Source: Bigelowiella natans CCMP2755 (Eukaryota > Protista > Cercozoa). Taken from it: a DNA stretch of 50,904 bases. The DNA is taken from the NCBI GenBank assembly GCA_000320545.1, contig ADNK01002344.1:1-50904 (forward strand). The letters run 5' to 3'. Positions 24,501-35,905 of the stretch are shown here, piece by piece; position 1 is the stretch's first letter, and every line of letters starts with the position of its first letter. Under the pieces are notes generated by a model. The model ran no database searches, was not told the DNA's origin, and was given only the letters and a program-made list of their open reading frames with translations. The position numbers and the translations under genes were made by a program.

Positions 24501-27017
24501 TGAGGATGAGTTCAACAAAAAGGAAGTTCTCAATGCATGGTTCACATACACACAACAAACTCAAAGAATGGATTGGTTTGTGCCCCTCCCTACACTCGAA
24601 TATCATTCCTCGAATTAGTTAGTTGGCAGAAACCAGTTCTGAGAGCCCCGAGTTGGAGGAAGATCGGGGTGAAGCAGCCCCAGCCCCCACAGGAGCAAGC
24701 ACAAGAGAGGGCGTTCCTTTTGAGTCCTCAGACGCCGACGACGCCGACTTCGCAACTTCAGCCTGCTTGAGCATCGCGGCCTCGGAGTCCAACCAGAATC
24801 GCGTTCGAGCAATCAGCTGCCTCAAAAGGCTGTTCGCCATAGCCAGGTGCCCCGTGCGGAACTTGGATTGAGTCCCTTTCCCTCGGAATTCGAGAGAATA
24901 TCTTGCGTCTAGCAGCGCCCTGTAGCCGTGTGGAGTATGTCTGAGCAGGTGCGATGCGAATATAAGCTTGCCGCTCCCGGGATTGTTGCTCTGCGCGGAG
25001 AAGGTAACGGCGGGCGTCAATCCGGTCCCTATCCGAAACCCTTTGAAGGCTATTCCTGGGGTCTTCCCGTTAAGATAAAAGCTCATCTCGCGCTTATCTA
25101 GGTCCAGCGCACAGCCGACGATATCGCCGACGTTCCACCGGCCAGTTTTGTAGGGGATCTTGCCGTTGTGAAAGCAAACTTGGCGGATTCCGTCGTAGGC
25201 CCAGGACACCTTATCGTCCCCCGTGCCGTCGTTGTATCCCGGCGGCTTGAATTCGTCCTTGATCGCCCAGCCGATCTGGCCGATGTATTTGGAGGTCAGC
25301 TTCACTTCGTAGTACCACTTCCCCCTCTTGAGCCTCGGCCCCTCAGCAATGCACGTTGGGAAGTTCGACACGGCTCTCACCCTCCGGTCGTTGATCGCAA
25401 TCGCACCCTCTCGCGACGCGACCTTCAAGCACTGAACGGTGTAAGGCTCCTGTTCCGAGCTCCAAACTTTGGCCTCAAGCTGCGCCTGTGCGCGATGGAG
25501 GTCAGTGTTGCGCAGGTGCAACCAGAGATTGGGTATGACGATAATGGGGAGCTCGTTGAACTCGTAGCTCTCGATCTTCTTGTCGCTGATCGCGTCGTTG
25601 ATATTGGGGCTCGGGTACTTGAACTCCCCATCCTCGTTGTCATCAAACTTGACAGCAGCAAGGCCGGCGTTTCTATTCTGCGGCGAGCGGGTCCACCGGG
25701 TGACCTTCCCTCCGTACCAAGCCCACCTGCCCTCCACTCTGGGATCCCCATATGAAACGTAAACACGAGCGCCGGTCGACGGCGTTATCGCATTTCTAGG
25801 GGGCAGCAGGTACTCTTTCCGGGCGGGTGGGTACGTGAACGTCCGTATTGCTTCCGAGTTCCGAGGAGCCTTGACTTTGAGAATCCATTTCTTCTCTCCG
25901 ACGCCTGCCTCAAAAGGCGAGGATGACGACGACGACGACGACGACGACGGTTGGGAATACTCATCATCTGCCAACTTCACGTCGAGCACGATCCCGTCCA
26001 GGTAGCACTCGGCATGGCCCCGCGTGCGAACAAATATCCGCTCTCCGACTTGCACGGGGGCCATCTGTGCCAGGGAATTCAGCAGTCGCTTTCTCTCCTT
26101 CATTTCCTTTTCTTTACGCTCTCGTATCCGGCGGTGCCTCTGGCCTTCCTTCTCCCATTCCTTGTCCATGGTGATCTGCTTCATGTCAGTCTCCAGAGCT
26201 TCTTGGGAGAGGACCTTCAAGAACTTCTGGAAGTTTCTGAGGAGCCCATCTTCCGTCTCGAGTTCGTTGTACGTTCTGACTACGGTGAGAAACTTCCTGA
26301 ATTTGTTCATCATCACACCGTACACGTTCTTTTCGATTGGATTCAGCGCCTTCGATTCCTTCTCCTTGACCTTGATGATGAAGCGGATTTGGGATGCAAT
26401 GTCGGGGTAAAATATGTGCACGCCGTGGCTCAGGGTGCTGCTAGCTACTCTAGCGAGGCTTGCCCTGATGGAAGATAGGCCATTTCTGGCTTTATCAACT
26501 AATAGATGCCATACTAATTTTTGGAGATGACTCAGCATCACTCCCTCGGTGATTCGAGGACTGCTGCAGTCGCCGCCTTCCTTCTCCTCTCCCTCTTCCT
26601 CCCCGCCCACACAAAGTTCTTTTCGTTTCTTCAGTATTCGGAGAACCGTTTTTAGATCCTTCCGGTCTAAGGCAGTGATGATCTCACTATCTGTTCTTGT
26701 CGGTGATGGGAACGTCCTTTCGAGGGCTTTCAAGTCCGGATTCAGCCTGATCACGTCGTGCACATAGCCCATCGTAAGAGCTTGCTGATTCGTCTTTGGC
26801 GACGTAGGTGACTTCAGCGGCGAGGAATGAGCTCGCGGCTTCGGGGTAGGGAGGCGTGGCGTCTTGGGTGACAGAGGAGATGGAGGGGAGAACAGTGAAA
26901 GTGGGGCTTCGGAAGTTGCCAACTCGATTATAGTTACAAGCTGATGGCGCATTCTGATTTGAAGGAAGTTAATGCACACAAAAACACAACAAATTATATA
27001 TGTAAAAATATAATCAT

Positions 27018-27070
<53 letters not shown>

Positions 27071-29264
27071 ACATTTATATTTTAGTGTCCACGAAGATCT
27101 TATTCTCGAACACAGGGAAAATGATGTACGCAGGAGAAAAGGAAAGAAAGGATAACCGGGCTTGTGTTAGTGGTGGTACCGTTCAATAAGATCTCGGGGT
27201 GAAGTGAAAGCATTTGTGTTCTCTTCATCACGTGTCGCTTGATAAAAGTGGTTTCGCATGATAACCAACCTGAGATTTATCATGCAATTCAAGTGATGAT
27301 TATGGGCTACGTCTAGATATATGAAACGATTCAAAATATGCAAACAAAGCGACGGCAGAGATGGGCAGACAAAAGAAAGAGAGACTGACATTGAGTGTAC
27401 GATGATCGCGTAGGAGAAAATATCGGCCACTTCATCGTAGGTTTCCAAGGGCGCTTCCCTCGTTTTGGATTCCCGCATCGCCCTCGTCTGCCTTTGCGTG
27501 GCTTGCTCCACCGTGCGTTCTAGTTTTTGCAGGGCCTTCCTCAGAATCGAGGAGGCGTGCCGAAACAGCTCCGGCTTGAGCTCGAGCTGCAGCGGGGATT
27601 CCAACACGAGCTTGGTGGAGACGTGTGTGGCCTTGAAAACCTGCATCCTGAGCGTGTCGGTCGGCTTTCTGGCAGTGAATGCAAGGTACACGGTCTCGGA
27701 GTTTATCACCAACGGCCCGTTCCCGGCGACCCCAGGCCACTTGCTCGAGCCTATGTATCGTTCCTGCCCCCAGTACTCCGAGTGATCCGCGTCTCGAAAT
27801 ATCTTCACGAAGGCACCGCTGCTCAACGCTGTACAGCAATCATCGAAGACCAGGGCAATCCCCTTGGCGTCGCTTATTCTAATGGTGATGCTCGCGTCGG
27901 ACGACATTTCTCCTGCTCTTTCTAGTACTTGGGCCGGCTCGGCCTCAAAATCGAAGATGAAGGCTTGCTCTCCTCGAGGGCAATTCGCACTTCCGATATG
28001 GCCGAGAGACTTTCTGGCGCGACTGCTTGGCGACGCCTCATCATTATTCCTATTTTCATTTGAGTCGGGACTGTTATCCTCTTCTTTAATATCCAACTTG
28101 TCCTCTTCCTCCTCCTCCTCCTCCTCCTCCTCGCTCTTGTAGCTATCGCCATCTTTTGTGTGATTTTCTTGGTCATCGTCGTCGTCGTCGCCGCCGTCAT
28201 GGCTACGATCGCTGGTGCCCCGGAACTCTGGCGTAGCCGTAGCTGGACCATACTCCTGGCAGAGAATAGCAAGCAGACTCGATACCCGCGCACAGAAATG
28301 AGTAGTGGGAATCGTCGAAGCTGTTTCTTCTTCGACATGTCCTCGATGACGTTTGCTTTCACCGAGTCTATGCTCCTGATCAGAAGTCGCCACGTCCTTC
28401 TGATCTGCGCTACGAGCACTATCATCATGCATTTTTGTAGGATCCAAGAACTTTTGTAGCTCCAAAAAGTTCAACCCGAAGATCTCTGTCTCGGATACGG
28501 GGGGTTTTCTGAGAAAAATTATACGTGAACTCAATTGGAGCAGGAGGACGTGCATTTTCTGAAAGTAAAAGAATACTTTGACAGCGAGTTTTCCATGAAA
28601 AATTTCTCAAGCTTATGCACAGGGTCGACAGAGAGCATCTTGACATTGCTCGAGACGATGAGATCTGCAGTATGAATACAACTTTGTTATTGCAAATCAT
28701 TCCAACTGCGGGGCTGGTTTTTGGTTGAACTTTTTTGCTAGTGGACTACTCACCTAGAACATCCAGTACTTTGCTCAGTGACCCATCAGCTATCGCAATA
28801 CTCATTGATATCTCTATCGAAGGAGCACATACCTAAGTGATTTTCAGGGAAGATATTTTGTCAGAGGGGAGGGAGGACGGGCTCGAACATTTGTCTTTCA
28901 AAATTATTGCCGTACTTCTTGTGGGATGCCTTCTTGTGTTGCAAGAGTTTTTAGTCTTGAAACCAGAGCCTTAATACTCGGGTCTATATCTGGGAACGGA
29001 TTTTTCCCCGCCATCGGCTTCAAGGTTAATGCCGGCATTGATCTAAAAAATGAGAAATTCACATTTCGCAATCCACGATCTTTCTACTAATATCTTCGTA
29101 CCTAAGGCTCTGGGAGAGGTTAGAAAGGACTCGGGCTAGCATCGCATACTCTTTATGCTTCAGCACAACGTTAAGCATCTCGACTGACATCCCAATTAAA
29201 GCCTGTCATAGACAAATTCACAATTTAGGAAAACACGGATTTCATTGTCCTCTATCACACATAT

Positions 29265-29347
<83 letters not shown>

Positions 29348-30007
29348 GAGTAGTACCTGCAGCGTGTCATCTAGAGGTTTCGGTAAGGGTTTCAATTTAG
29401 AGACACTATGTACCAACTGCTTGTGCTTGTGAACCTGACAAGACCAAATGCGGATTAACCATGATGTACCAGCCTCATAATATACGATTGCGTACCTGAT
29501 TTATCTTTCTCTGACTCTCTCTGACAACCGAATCATATATGTAATCTATAATGGCCATGCGTTGATCCAAGTTATCATCGCGAAGTTCCGGCCTCAGGGA
29601 GCTGAGCTGACGGTTGATAACCTCTTTCACCTGGTAGGTAGACGAAGCACACTAAGTTGCTGCACCTAGTATGTCTAATAATTTCACAAACCTCATCCTC
29701 AAGAGCTTGATTTGTCTGGTTCGTGAAGATTCCCACCGCTGGTTCCGATTCGACCTGCAAAATGCATTATTTCGCAGCAATTACACACAAGAAGTTGGCT
29801 GATGGCCCTCGTTCCACCCCTTTAGTGTTGTCTAAGCACTGTTGCTCTCACTTTAAGGGAATCTTGCTGCTCCTGCTTTGGTAAAGGGATCTGTAGATTG
29901 CGATATAGATCTTTAACGCGATCTTGGAACACAGAATGGAGGTCGAGACGAATTAGCTCCCGGTCCATCTCTTCCGTGTTGGAGAGGCTTTCCAACGAAA
30001 ATTCCAT
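3120..30007 (-). CDS. Giant multidomain HECT-type E3 ubiquitin ligase (HERC/HECTD4-like HECT domain), about 8,100 aa
   Basis: Phase-consistent GT-AG exons: 30007-29852, 29754-29692, 29630-29496, 29434-29357, 29202-29102, 29042-28916, 28832-28754, 28664-28577, 28508-27390, 27269-27180, 26953-24634, 24426-19693, 19642-12799, 12629-4743, 4480-4409, 4255-4191, 4048-3960, 3847-3762, 3578-3527, 3377-3287, 3185-3120 (sum 24,342 nt = 8,114 codons). The junction at 19643-19692 is uncertain. C-terminal HECT motifs: AIDAGGPYRD, LPLFIKTPNG, LYEFLGRFFGLAIR, SLFTWRELEMLVCG, VRFFWEM, FTWGRSRLP, FPLAHTCFFQIDLPRYSS. Confidence 0.9.
3290..5480 (-). other. HECT catalytic domain of the giant E3; catalytic Cys in AHTCFF (exon 3578-3527)
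   Basis: Canonical HECT motifs spread over the end of the large exon and six small exons; the HTCF motif is intact. Confidence 0.93.
6500..7200 (-). other. F-type lectin / F5/8 type C (discoidin)-like domain with insertions, within the giant E3
   Basis: ARRAVDGYIN..SCTKEEENAFWELDLGRAIDVESVRIY ... IRYLRIQR..SLSLSQVVV. Confidence 0.7.
14560..14955 (-). other. Jacalin-like beta-prism lectin domain within the giant E3
   Basis: VISIRAY..LEGVAF..QYGSKKGSPSRFVLDKNEYINCVTG..LAKQLTFHTSNGR..F.FKAREGFEVVGL matches jacalin F.L..GEYI..V.G..L.F.TS.GR. Confidence 0.75.
17640..18300 (-). other. LamG/concanavalin-A-like domain with an inserted Tudor-like domain
   Basis: GNFSLSAII..GAIIAQ..GLYIQNNVLHFG [LGDKVMAKYKGGSQYPATVVRLNEDGKITVNWEDGD] VNDGKIHHVGVTH..VALYVDGNLE..VKVGKG..FKGNIQNPRLFTGVLTDTEMRAL. 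Confidence 0.8.
18985..19285 (-). other. CUB-like beta domain, copy 2, within the giant E3
   Basis: QSQHPH..VRMPGAKEIKVVFD..SQT..DTLYFYKD..YSGRKWPGVGKESPLLIPSDSFVVYFKT..NSWGFKFLA matches the ES.HPY/PGA/WGF pattern. Confidence 0.7.
20185..20660 (-). other. Two Tudor/Agenet-like domains within the giant E3
   Basis: FHVGQQVVYYSRPKRRWCDAMIRRFNPDDTVVI and WRVSLKTGMMIEVLNDHGDWKEAILI..INVRFLHSGVKEWVSISSDRI. Confidence 0.6.
24150..24426 (-). other. Two tandem UBA domains within the giant E3
   Basis: VQTLVDLGYSEEACAEALQRSDGSVEAAAEYL and RRLMDLGYTRAVCEAAMEGADDDIERAGEWLL match the MGF/LGY..AL..A.E(Y/W)L pattern. Confidence 0.85.
24930..25420 (-). other. SPRY/B30.2 domain within the giant E3
   Basis: RGKWYYEVKL..GQIGWA..GTGDDKVSWAYDG..WNVGDIVGCALDLDKREMSFYLNGK..GIAF..LTPAVTF. 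Confidence 0.9.
27021..27070. repeat. Compound (AT)n(GT)n intronic microsatellite
   Basis: Read directly from the sequence. Confidence 0.9.
27670..27920 (-). other. CUB-like beta domain, copy 1 (ZZEF1/MYCBP2-type), within the giant E3
   Basis: IRISDAKGIALVFD..FVKIFRD..YWGQERYIG..KWPGVAGNGPLVINSETVYLAF; clearly homologous to copy 2. Confidence 0.6.
29266..29343. repeat. Compound (AC)n(AT)n intronic microsatellite
   Basis: Read directly from the sequence. Confidence 0.9.
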
Positions 30008-31377
30008 CGTCAGTGATGAGCACTACCAACCACAAGAAATCTAGCTTAGATTTCGGCACTTGTCTCCATATGCGATGTGTCCACCTTTGAAATAAGTGGG
30101 AGTATGAGGCTCGCGAACACACTGCTGCTTCCGTTATTGTTGAGACGGAATTAAACTATCATCAGGTAATATCGCAAGTGTAACGAAATATACAGTATAT
30201 AATTTAGATAACAGAGTTAAATGTAATCAGATACAAAGCAAACGTGTGCAGAAGGTGGTGATTAGGGTGGGTGGACGTTGCTGGAGTTACCTTGTTTCGA
30301 TCCGTTGCTGTGTCTAGCTATCGAAGCCCCCTGCTGAGACCAAATACCCTTTAGAGAAAAGAAATTCAGTGTAACACGTGGTTGTATTGCGCCACCACGG
30401 GTTTATCAAGTTCGGAGGGTGCCCTTTTATGTGGCAATTTCTTGACTCTCATCCATCAAGGAAGGGTAGGGACAACGAAATTCAGACCCAGTGCCTGCTA
30501 AGTCCATCCATGATCGGCCCAGAACCATCCCGAAACTTTCTTGCGACATTTCGCTTGTCAGCCAAATCGATTTTTTAGGAGCAGAAGGTGAAGTTAGGAT
30601 TGAAATCCTCTCATAGGAGAGCTGGGCTGGGGTGCCTTTCTCTCAAACAGATAATGCCGTACATTTCCACCCTCCGACTGGCACGAAAGTTGGTCTTCCT
30701 AAAAAAACCCTATTATAAGAAGACACAGAGCACAGAAGAAAACTTAGGAAGGAGCTACTCATCGGAAAAAAGCCACTCCAAAAATGTATGTGCTGCCACG
30801 GCAGGGCTTTGTCGCACGGCGCCTTCGTCCCTGAACTCGAAAGAGGAAAAACGACAGGTAGTTGCATCGTATTTTTTTGCGGGAAATACAATAAAACGAA
30901 AACTGTCCTAGATCTAGCAAAAGCGTCGAGAATCATCAAAAAATAAATGTACCCATTGCACAGTTTTCGCCCAGCTGTGGCGTTACTGGATGGGAGAGAA
31001 TCTTGGCGATAAGAGACGGAAACCACTTGTTGTCGCCTGTGGAAAATAGCCTACAAATTGCGTAATCCCCCTCAGCCCTCGGGCCGACAAGAAATTTATC
31101 TCGAAGGAGCAACGAGGACGAGGACAAGACCGAGGGGGAAACTTCGAGTGAACTTAGCGTTGTGGGACGGGAAATGCGAGTTTGGCTTGACAGCAACAAT
31201 CATGACCTCTAAAAATAGCTTTCTGATGATACGTCTTTGAAGTTCGACGGCGAAATATAGTGATTAGGTTGATCTCGCGCGAAATAATATCGGTCTCAAC
31301 GTGTACCCATTCTTTTCTGCACTGCTAAAGTTACAATTTTTCATTCCAGAAACCATCAAGATCTGGGAAATCTGAAA
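30008..31377. promoter_or_regulatory. Divergent intergenic region (candidate bidirectional promoter) between the giant E3 and the kinesin
   Basis: Head-to-head ATGs at 30007 (-) and 31378 (+); no recognisable coding motif between them. Confidence 0.45.
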
Positions 31378-34300
31378 ATGCCAAACTCAGCAGGTAAGAA
31401 TGATTATGTGCTTGTTATTATATTTTCTTATTCAACCTCTTCATTTCCCAGCACGCCCGATCGTGTGCTCAAATGCTCTATCAAAGGTAAATTGTAAGTT
31501 CACACCTATCAACCTCGTGAATATTGTCTTGATAACCTTCACCTGACTTGTCGTGTGCCTTTAAACGTCGTTCACCTGAATATTCTAGCAGAAATCCCGC
31601 TCAGCCAAACCTTTGTAAGGCTCTCACTTCTGCTAAACTAATTTGAAGATGGATGGATATCTCACTGAAAATAATTTCTCTAATTCAGGAAGCGGAGCTC
31701 AAGTATTTCAGGGTTGATAATACAGCCAGTATCTAGAAGATCGAGTCAATCGAGACTCAGCATGCGAAGTTCTATTTCCTCGAGGTCCAGCGTTTCGAGT
31801 CGGCGTCGCCGTTCAAGTGTCTCCCTTCTCAATGAAGGCTCTGGAAAAAAGTACAATAAGGCTTCACCATCCAAGGCTAGCGCTTCATCTTTCAGAGCAA
31901 GGGAGGCGTCGATGTCTTCTTCGTCTACCTCTAAATTACCTCAGCGTTCGAAAGTAGTTCAGCGATCATCAAGCAGTGGTGGGCTTCCTGTCACCAGGCA
32001 CATGAGATGGCAAAGTGGATCCCCATCGGTAAATGGAGCACACGCAAACTCACCGATGCGTACCCCATCAAAGGGCCGACCGTCATCGGCTTCTGTCGCT
32101 TCAGCTCGGTATGCATTTGCCCTCTCACAGTGTTCTTTCAACAAGATGTTCACTTAGTATGTGCCCTAGATCGGTGAGTAGCACGGCTGCCTCTCCACGC
32201 CCTCTCAGTGCTGCTGCTGCTGCTAACGCGCAGTCTCTGCGCTCTACAGTTCGGGTCTACTGTCGATTCAGACCGAAGAGCAGAATAGAGTTATCAAGAT
32301 TTTCGGAGGTAAGATTTCATGCGCGCTACGACCGCCCAAGTTTGTGATGTGCAGAATTGTTATTGTTGTTGTTGTTTCGCCTTCTCTATCCTTTCCACAG
32401 ATTTGTGTCAGCATGCCGAACAGCACGAACGTCACCATCGACATTCCTCAAGCAAGGCGCCAAAAAACAACGTCGCACAGCTACGATTACGATCGTGTGT
32501 TTGGCCCTGAAGCCACGCAAGAATTGGTATATCGGGAGTCCGCTGCGCCCATGGTCGAGAACCTCTTAGAGGGGTACAATAGGTTCGTATACATCTTTGC
32601 GATTATTGACATTCGATGAATGCGCGCGCGCGCGCGTGTACGTCCTGCTCGTGTCACTAGCAGGAATAAGGGACGAATCACTGAACATACAACATCCCTC
32701 AGTACCATTCTGGCGTATGGGCAAACTGGATCAGGAAAGACCCACACAATGATGGGAAATATCGATAGCCCAGAAATGCAAGGTATGTTGCATACTTCAG
32801 GATTCCTAAGTTCACAGGAAAAGTGGAGCGGGGGGGGGGTTGGAAAATACGAGGGAACCCATAGTTCCAAACGTTAGATATTTTTTTTCTTCCTTCTTTT
32901 CTTTATATGTGTACATGCAAATTGACCAAAATCACATGAACAAACCACATCCACACCAAAACACACACACACACACACACACACTTCCAGAACAAATCTG
33001 ATTTTGTGAATGCATACGTACGATAAATCAAAGGAATATCTCCCCGATTGGTTAAAGCGATCTTCGAAAGAATAGATTCCAAAAACGGAGAGGGTATGGT
33101 CTTTTTCAGTCATGGATAATTATAATTCACTCTCCTGTGTTTTCACACAAACACATTTTTAGTCACCCAAATCTCGACAATAAGCATGCGTGTTGCAGGA
33201 GCGTCCTACGAGGTTCACGCCTCGTACATAGAAATATACATGGAGAAAGTTGTTGATCTGCTCACTCGACGTCGTAAGCAGAAGTCTATTCGGATACGAG
33301 TGGGGCAGCTTGAAGGTTGGTTCCGACTTCTGTTTACATTCGATGTGCGGCGACACTTCTTACATGTCTTGATCTGCTCTCAGGAGTCGAGCGAGTCCCT
33401 GTGACATCTGCGGAAGAAATGTTTGATGTGATGCGAATCGGTATCGAGAATCGCACAGTGGCGTCAACGGTAAGCCAATCACTGCTCCAATCAAGCTGGA
33501 ATAGCGTTGCCTGGGCCTTTTGATCATGCCCCCAGACATGGATGATCCCTGTTTATTAATATTACTTGAAAAGGCAATGAACAAGGAAAGCTCTCGGAGC
33601 CACAGTGCGTTCATCATAACTCTAGCGCAAAAGCAGCTTGGCGCAACTACGACGTCAAAGCTGTACCTTGTCGACTTAGCCGGTAACAAAGCATCGCTCC
33701 GAACACGACCTCTCCGCCCAACACAATGCATTCTGCACTCTTTTTTCAAGGTTCGGAAAAGGTGTCAAAGAGTGAGCTCACACAGATGTCTCTCAAGGAA
33801 GCTAAATCTATCAACAAGTCGCTCTCAGCCCTAGGTACTCAATCTCCCCTGCGTAGATACTTACCCGTCGTGGAGCATACCCATAGACCGATCTTGTCCT
33901 CCTCACGCAGGAAATGTGATCACCGCGCTTACGAAGAAGGGAAAGGCGAAAGCCCACATTCCTTATCGAGACTCTAAGCTCACATACCTGCTTCGTGATG
34001 CTTTGGTACGACGGACCCCCTTCCTCCATTCCATTTCTGAGAAAAGGGGTTGGGGCTGATCCATACATAAATGTTTTCAGGGTGGCAACTGCATTACCTC
34101 TCTGATTCTTGCCGCCTCCCCAGCGGCATACAACTCCCTTGAGACCCTCTCCACCCTCAGATTTGGTCATCGCGCAAAACAAATACAAAGCAAGGTTTAC
34201 CTGTACTTTTTTGACTTGCCCCCATTCCCCGGGACTGTACCAGCATTCCTCTCATCAAAAAACCTTTACGATAAGGTCTCTCAAAACAAAAATCTAAGCG

Positions 34301-35905
34301 CGGAGGATTTTCGGAATTTGTGGATGCTGGCCAAGGAGAAAGTACTTCGTATTCCTATATAGAGAGCGATCTTCGGACGAGCTAATAATTGGCTGTTGAC
34401 AGGCTGAGAGACAATCCCGCGAAATCGCCGAGCTCCGAATTGCTCTGGAAAGGGCAGGTGCGTGCGTGCGTGCGTGTGCATGCGCATCGTTGTGTGATCG
34501 GATCGTGATCTGTACATATTTCCAGGTTTAAATATAGATGATATCCTCACTCAAACCGATTCGAAGTCTGTAGCCAACCAGGATTCATCCTTCAACACTT
34601 CAATGAGCCCTCCGACACCAGAGGGAAGCCCCTACCAAAGGTAGAAGGGAGGAGGATGCGGGATTTTCAAATGACACGCATTTACCACCAGCTCAATGCT
34701 CTCTATGCTCAGGGGATCGATAGGATCCATGCAAATTCCGAAGATCGACGAGGTCTCTGAGGGCAATAGGTCTGATACACGTTGTTAATGGAATCCCTAT
34801 GCACTCCATCTAACGATGACATCCGCCCACACAGAAGTAGCCCAGCTCCCGAAACTCCGAATGCAAGCGCTCAGCTTCCGCAGGACGTGGAGCAGGTATG
34901 TTGTAGGTGAGAGAGGATGAGCATGTTCGCTCTATGATGCTGGTCCAATTTTGGAGAATGCAATTCATTGCTGCTAAACATTTCAGAGCGAGGAGGTCAT
35001 GCGAATCTGCGAAGAAACACACAAGGATCTCGCGAAGGTACGAGAACGACAAGGACAGGGGCGCTCTAGCTAGCCTTGAACTGCTCCTTGAATTTCCGAT
35101 TTACATGTAGGCCTCCGCACGGCTGGGTGCCTTGGTGTCCAGAGTGCAAAAGGCGCTGGTTGATTCCGACGAGAGAGTGGATGGTGAAGACGAGGAGAAC
35201 AATCCCGTGACTCACGATGCCGTCCCAAAACTGAATCTTGATCCGCAATTCACGATGGCATCAAGTCCGAATAAGCTACAGCCTCAGAGCCCTCGAAATG
35301 ATCAGGAGAAAGCCAGTGACAGGGATGGACGAAGTTTTAACCATACCCCTACACTGAAGGTGCCCAGCGACGGTAGCTCTGATGCTGCTGTCAAGAATGG
35401 CAAATCACCCAACTTTTTTATCATGAGAGACTCGATCTCATCTTCCAATGATGGTATCCTTCACCACAACCTAGTAGATGTTAAATCTCCAGGGGAGTAT
35501 AGTTATCGGTACAAGCAAAAGGACACTAATGATGGAGGAGAGACTCGTTCCATCTATAATGAAAGAGAGGCGCATTTCAATCGCTTGAAGGAAGAGTCCC
35601 TCTTCTTCTCCTCTCCAGTGTCTACCGGCATTGGAAGGATATCTCCAATGTCTTCGGTAGGTGGGGACGATATAGATGAAAGTCATTTGGCTGTAGATAA
35701 CTCTGGGAGGCTGGAGATGCTTGAACGTCCTAGTCGAGAAACATCCTTGGAGAGGTCCACAAGTGATCGTAGGAGTTCGGTAGACGTAGGAAGCCCCCCT
35801 CTAGAAACGAGGAGGGCTGTGGAGAGGAGGAGGACTGTAGAAAGAAGAAGGCCGTCTATCGTAAGGCAACCATCTTCTATACTTCATCCCACGCCGCAAG
35901 TATGA
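31378..35905 (+). CDS. Kinesin motor protein (motor most like kinesin-1/KHC), multi-exon, with an N-terminal Ser/Arg-rich extension
   Basis: Exon-split motifs: [23 protein letters not shown]-loop [27 protein letters not shown], switch I NKESSRSH, switch [45 protein letters not shown]. Start exon ATG31378..GT31394. Terminal exon ends at TGA 35905; the exon structure of the tail is less certain. Confidence 0.88.

Noticed and set aside
4954-28459. Dozens of plus-strand and alternate-frame ORFs (up to 312 aa) overlapping the E3
   Set aside because: Expected shadow ORFs of long GC3-rich coding exons; they contain no recognisable motifs.
28814-28832. Apparent 19-nt GT...AG 'pygmy' intron (gtatgtgctccttcgatag) like those of nucleomorph genomes
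   Set aside because: It reads through in frame as VCAPSIE after a normal TTAG acceptor, and removing it would break the phase with the upstream exon.
30378-31240. Short ORFs in the E3/kinesin divergent region; also checked by eye for snRNA or tRNA
   Set aside because: No protein motifs, consistent splice pattern or recognisable RNA gene signature.
32621-32640. (GC)n run with Z-DNA potential in a kinesin intron
   Set aside because: Short microsatellite among many others, with no evidence of function.
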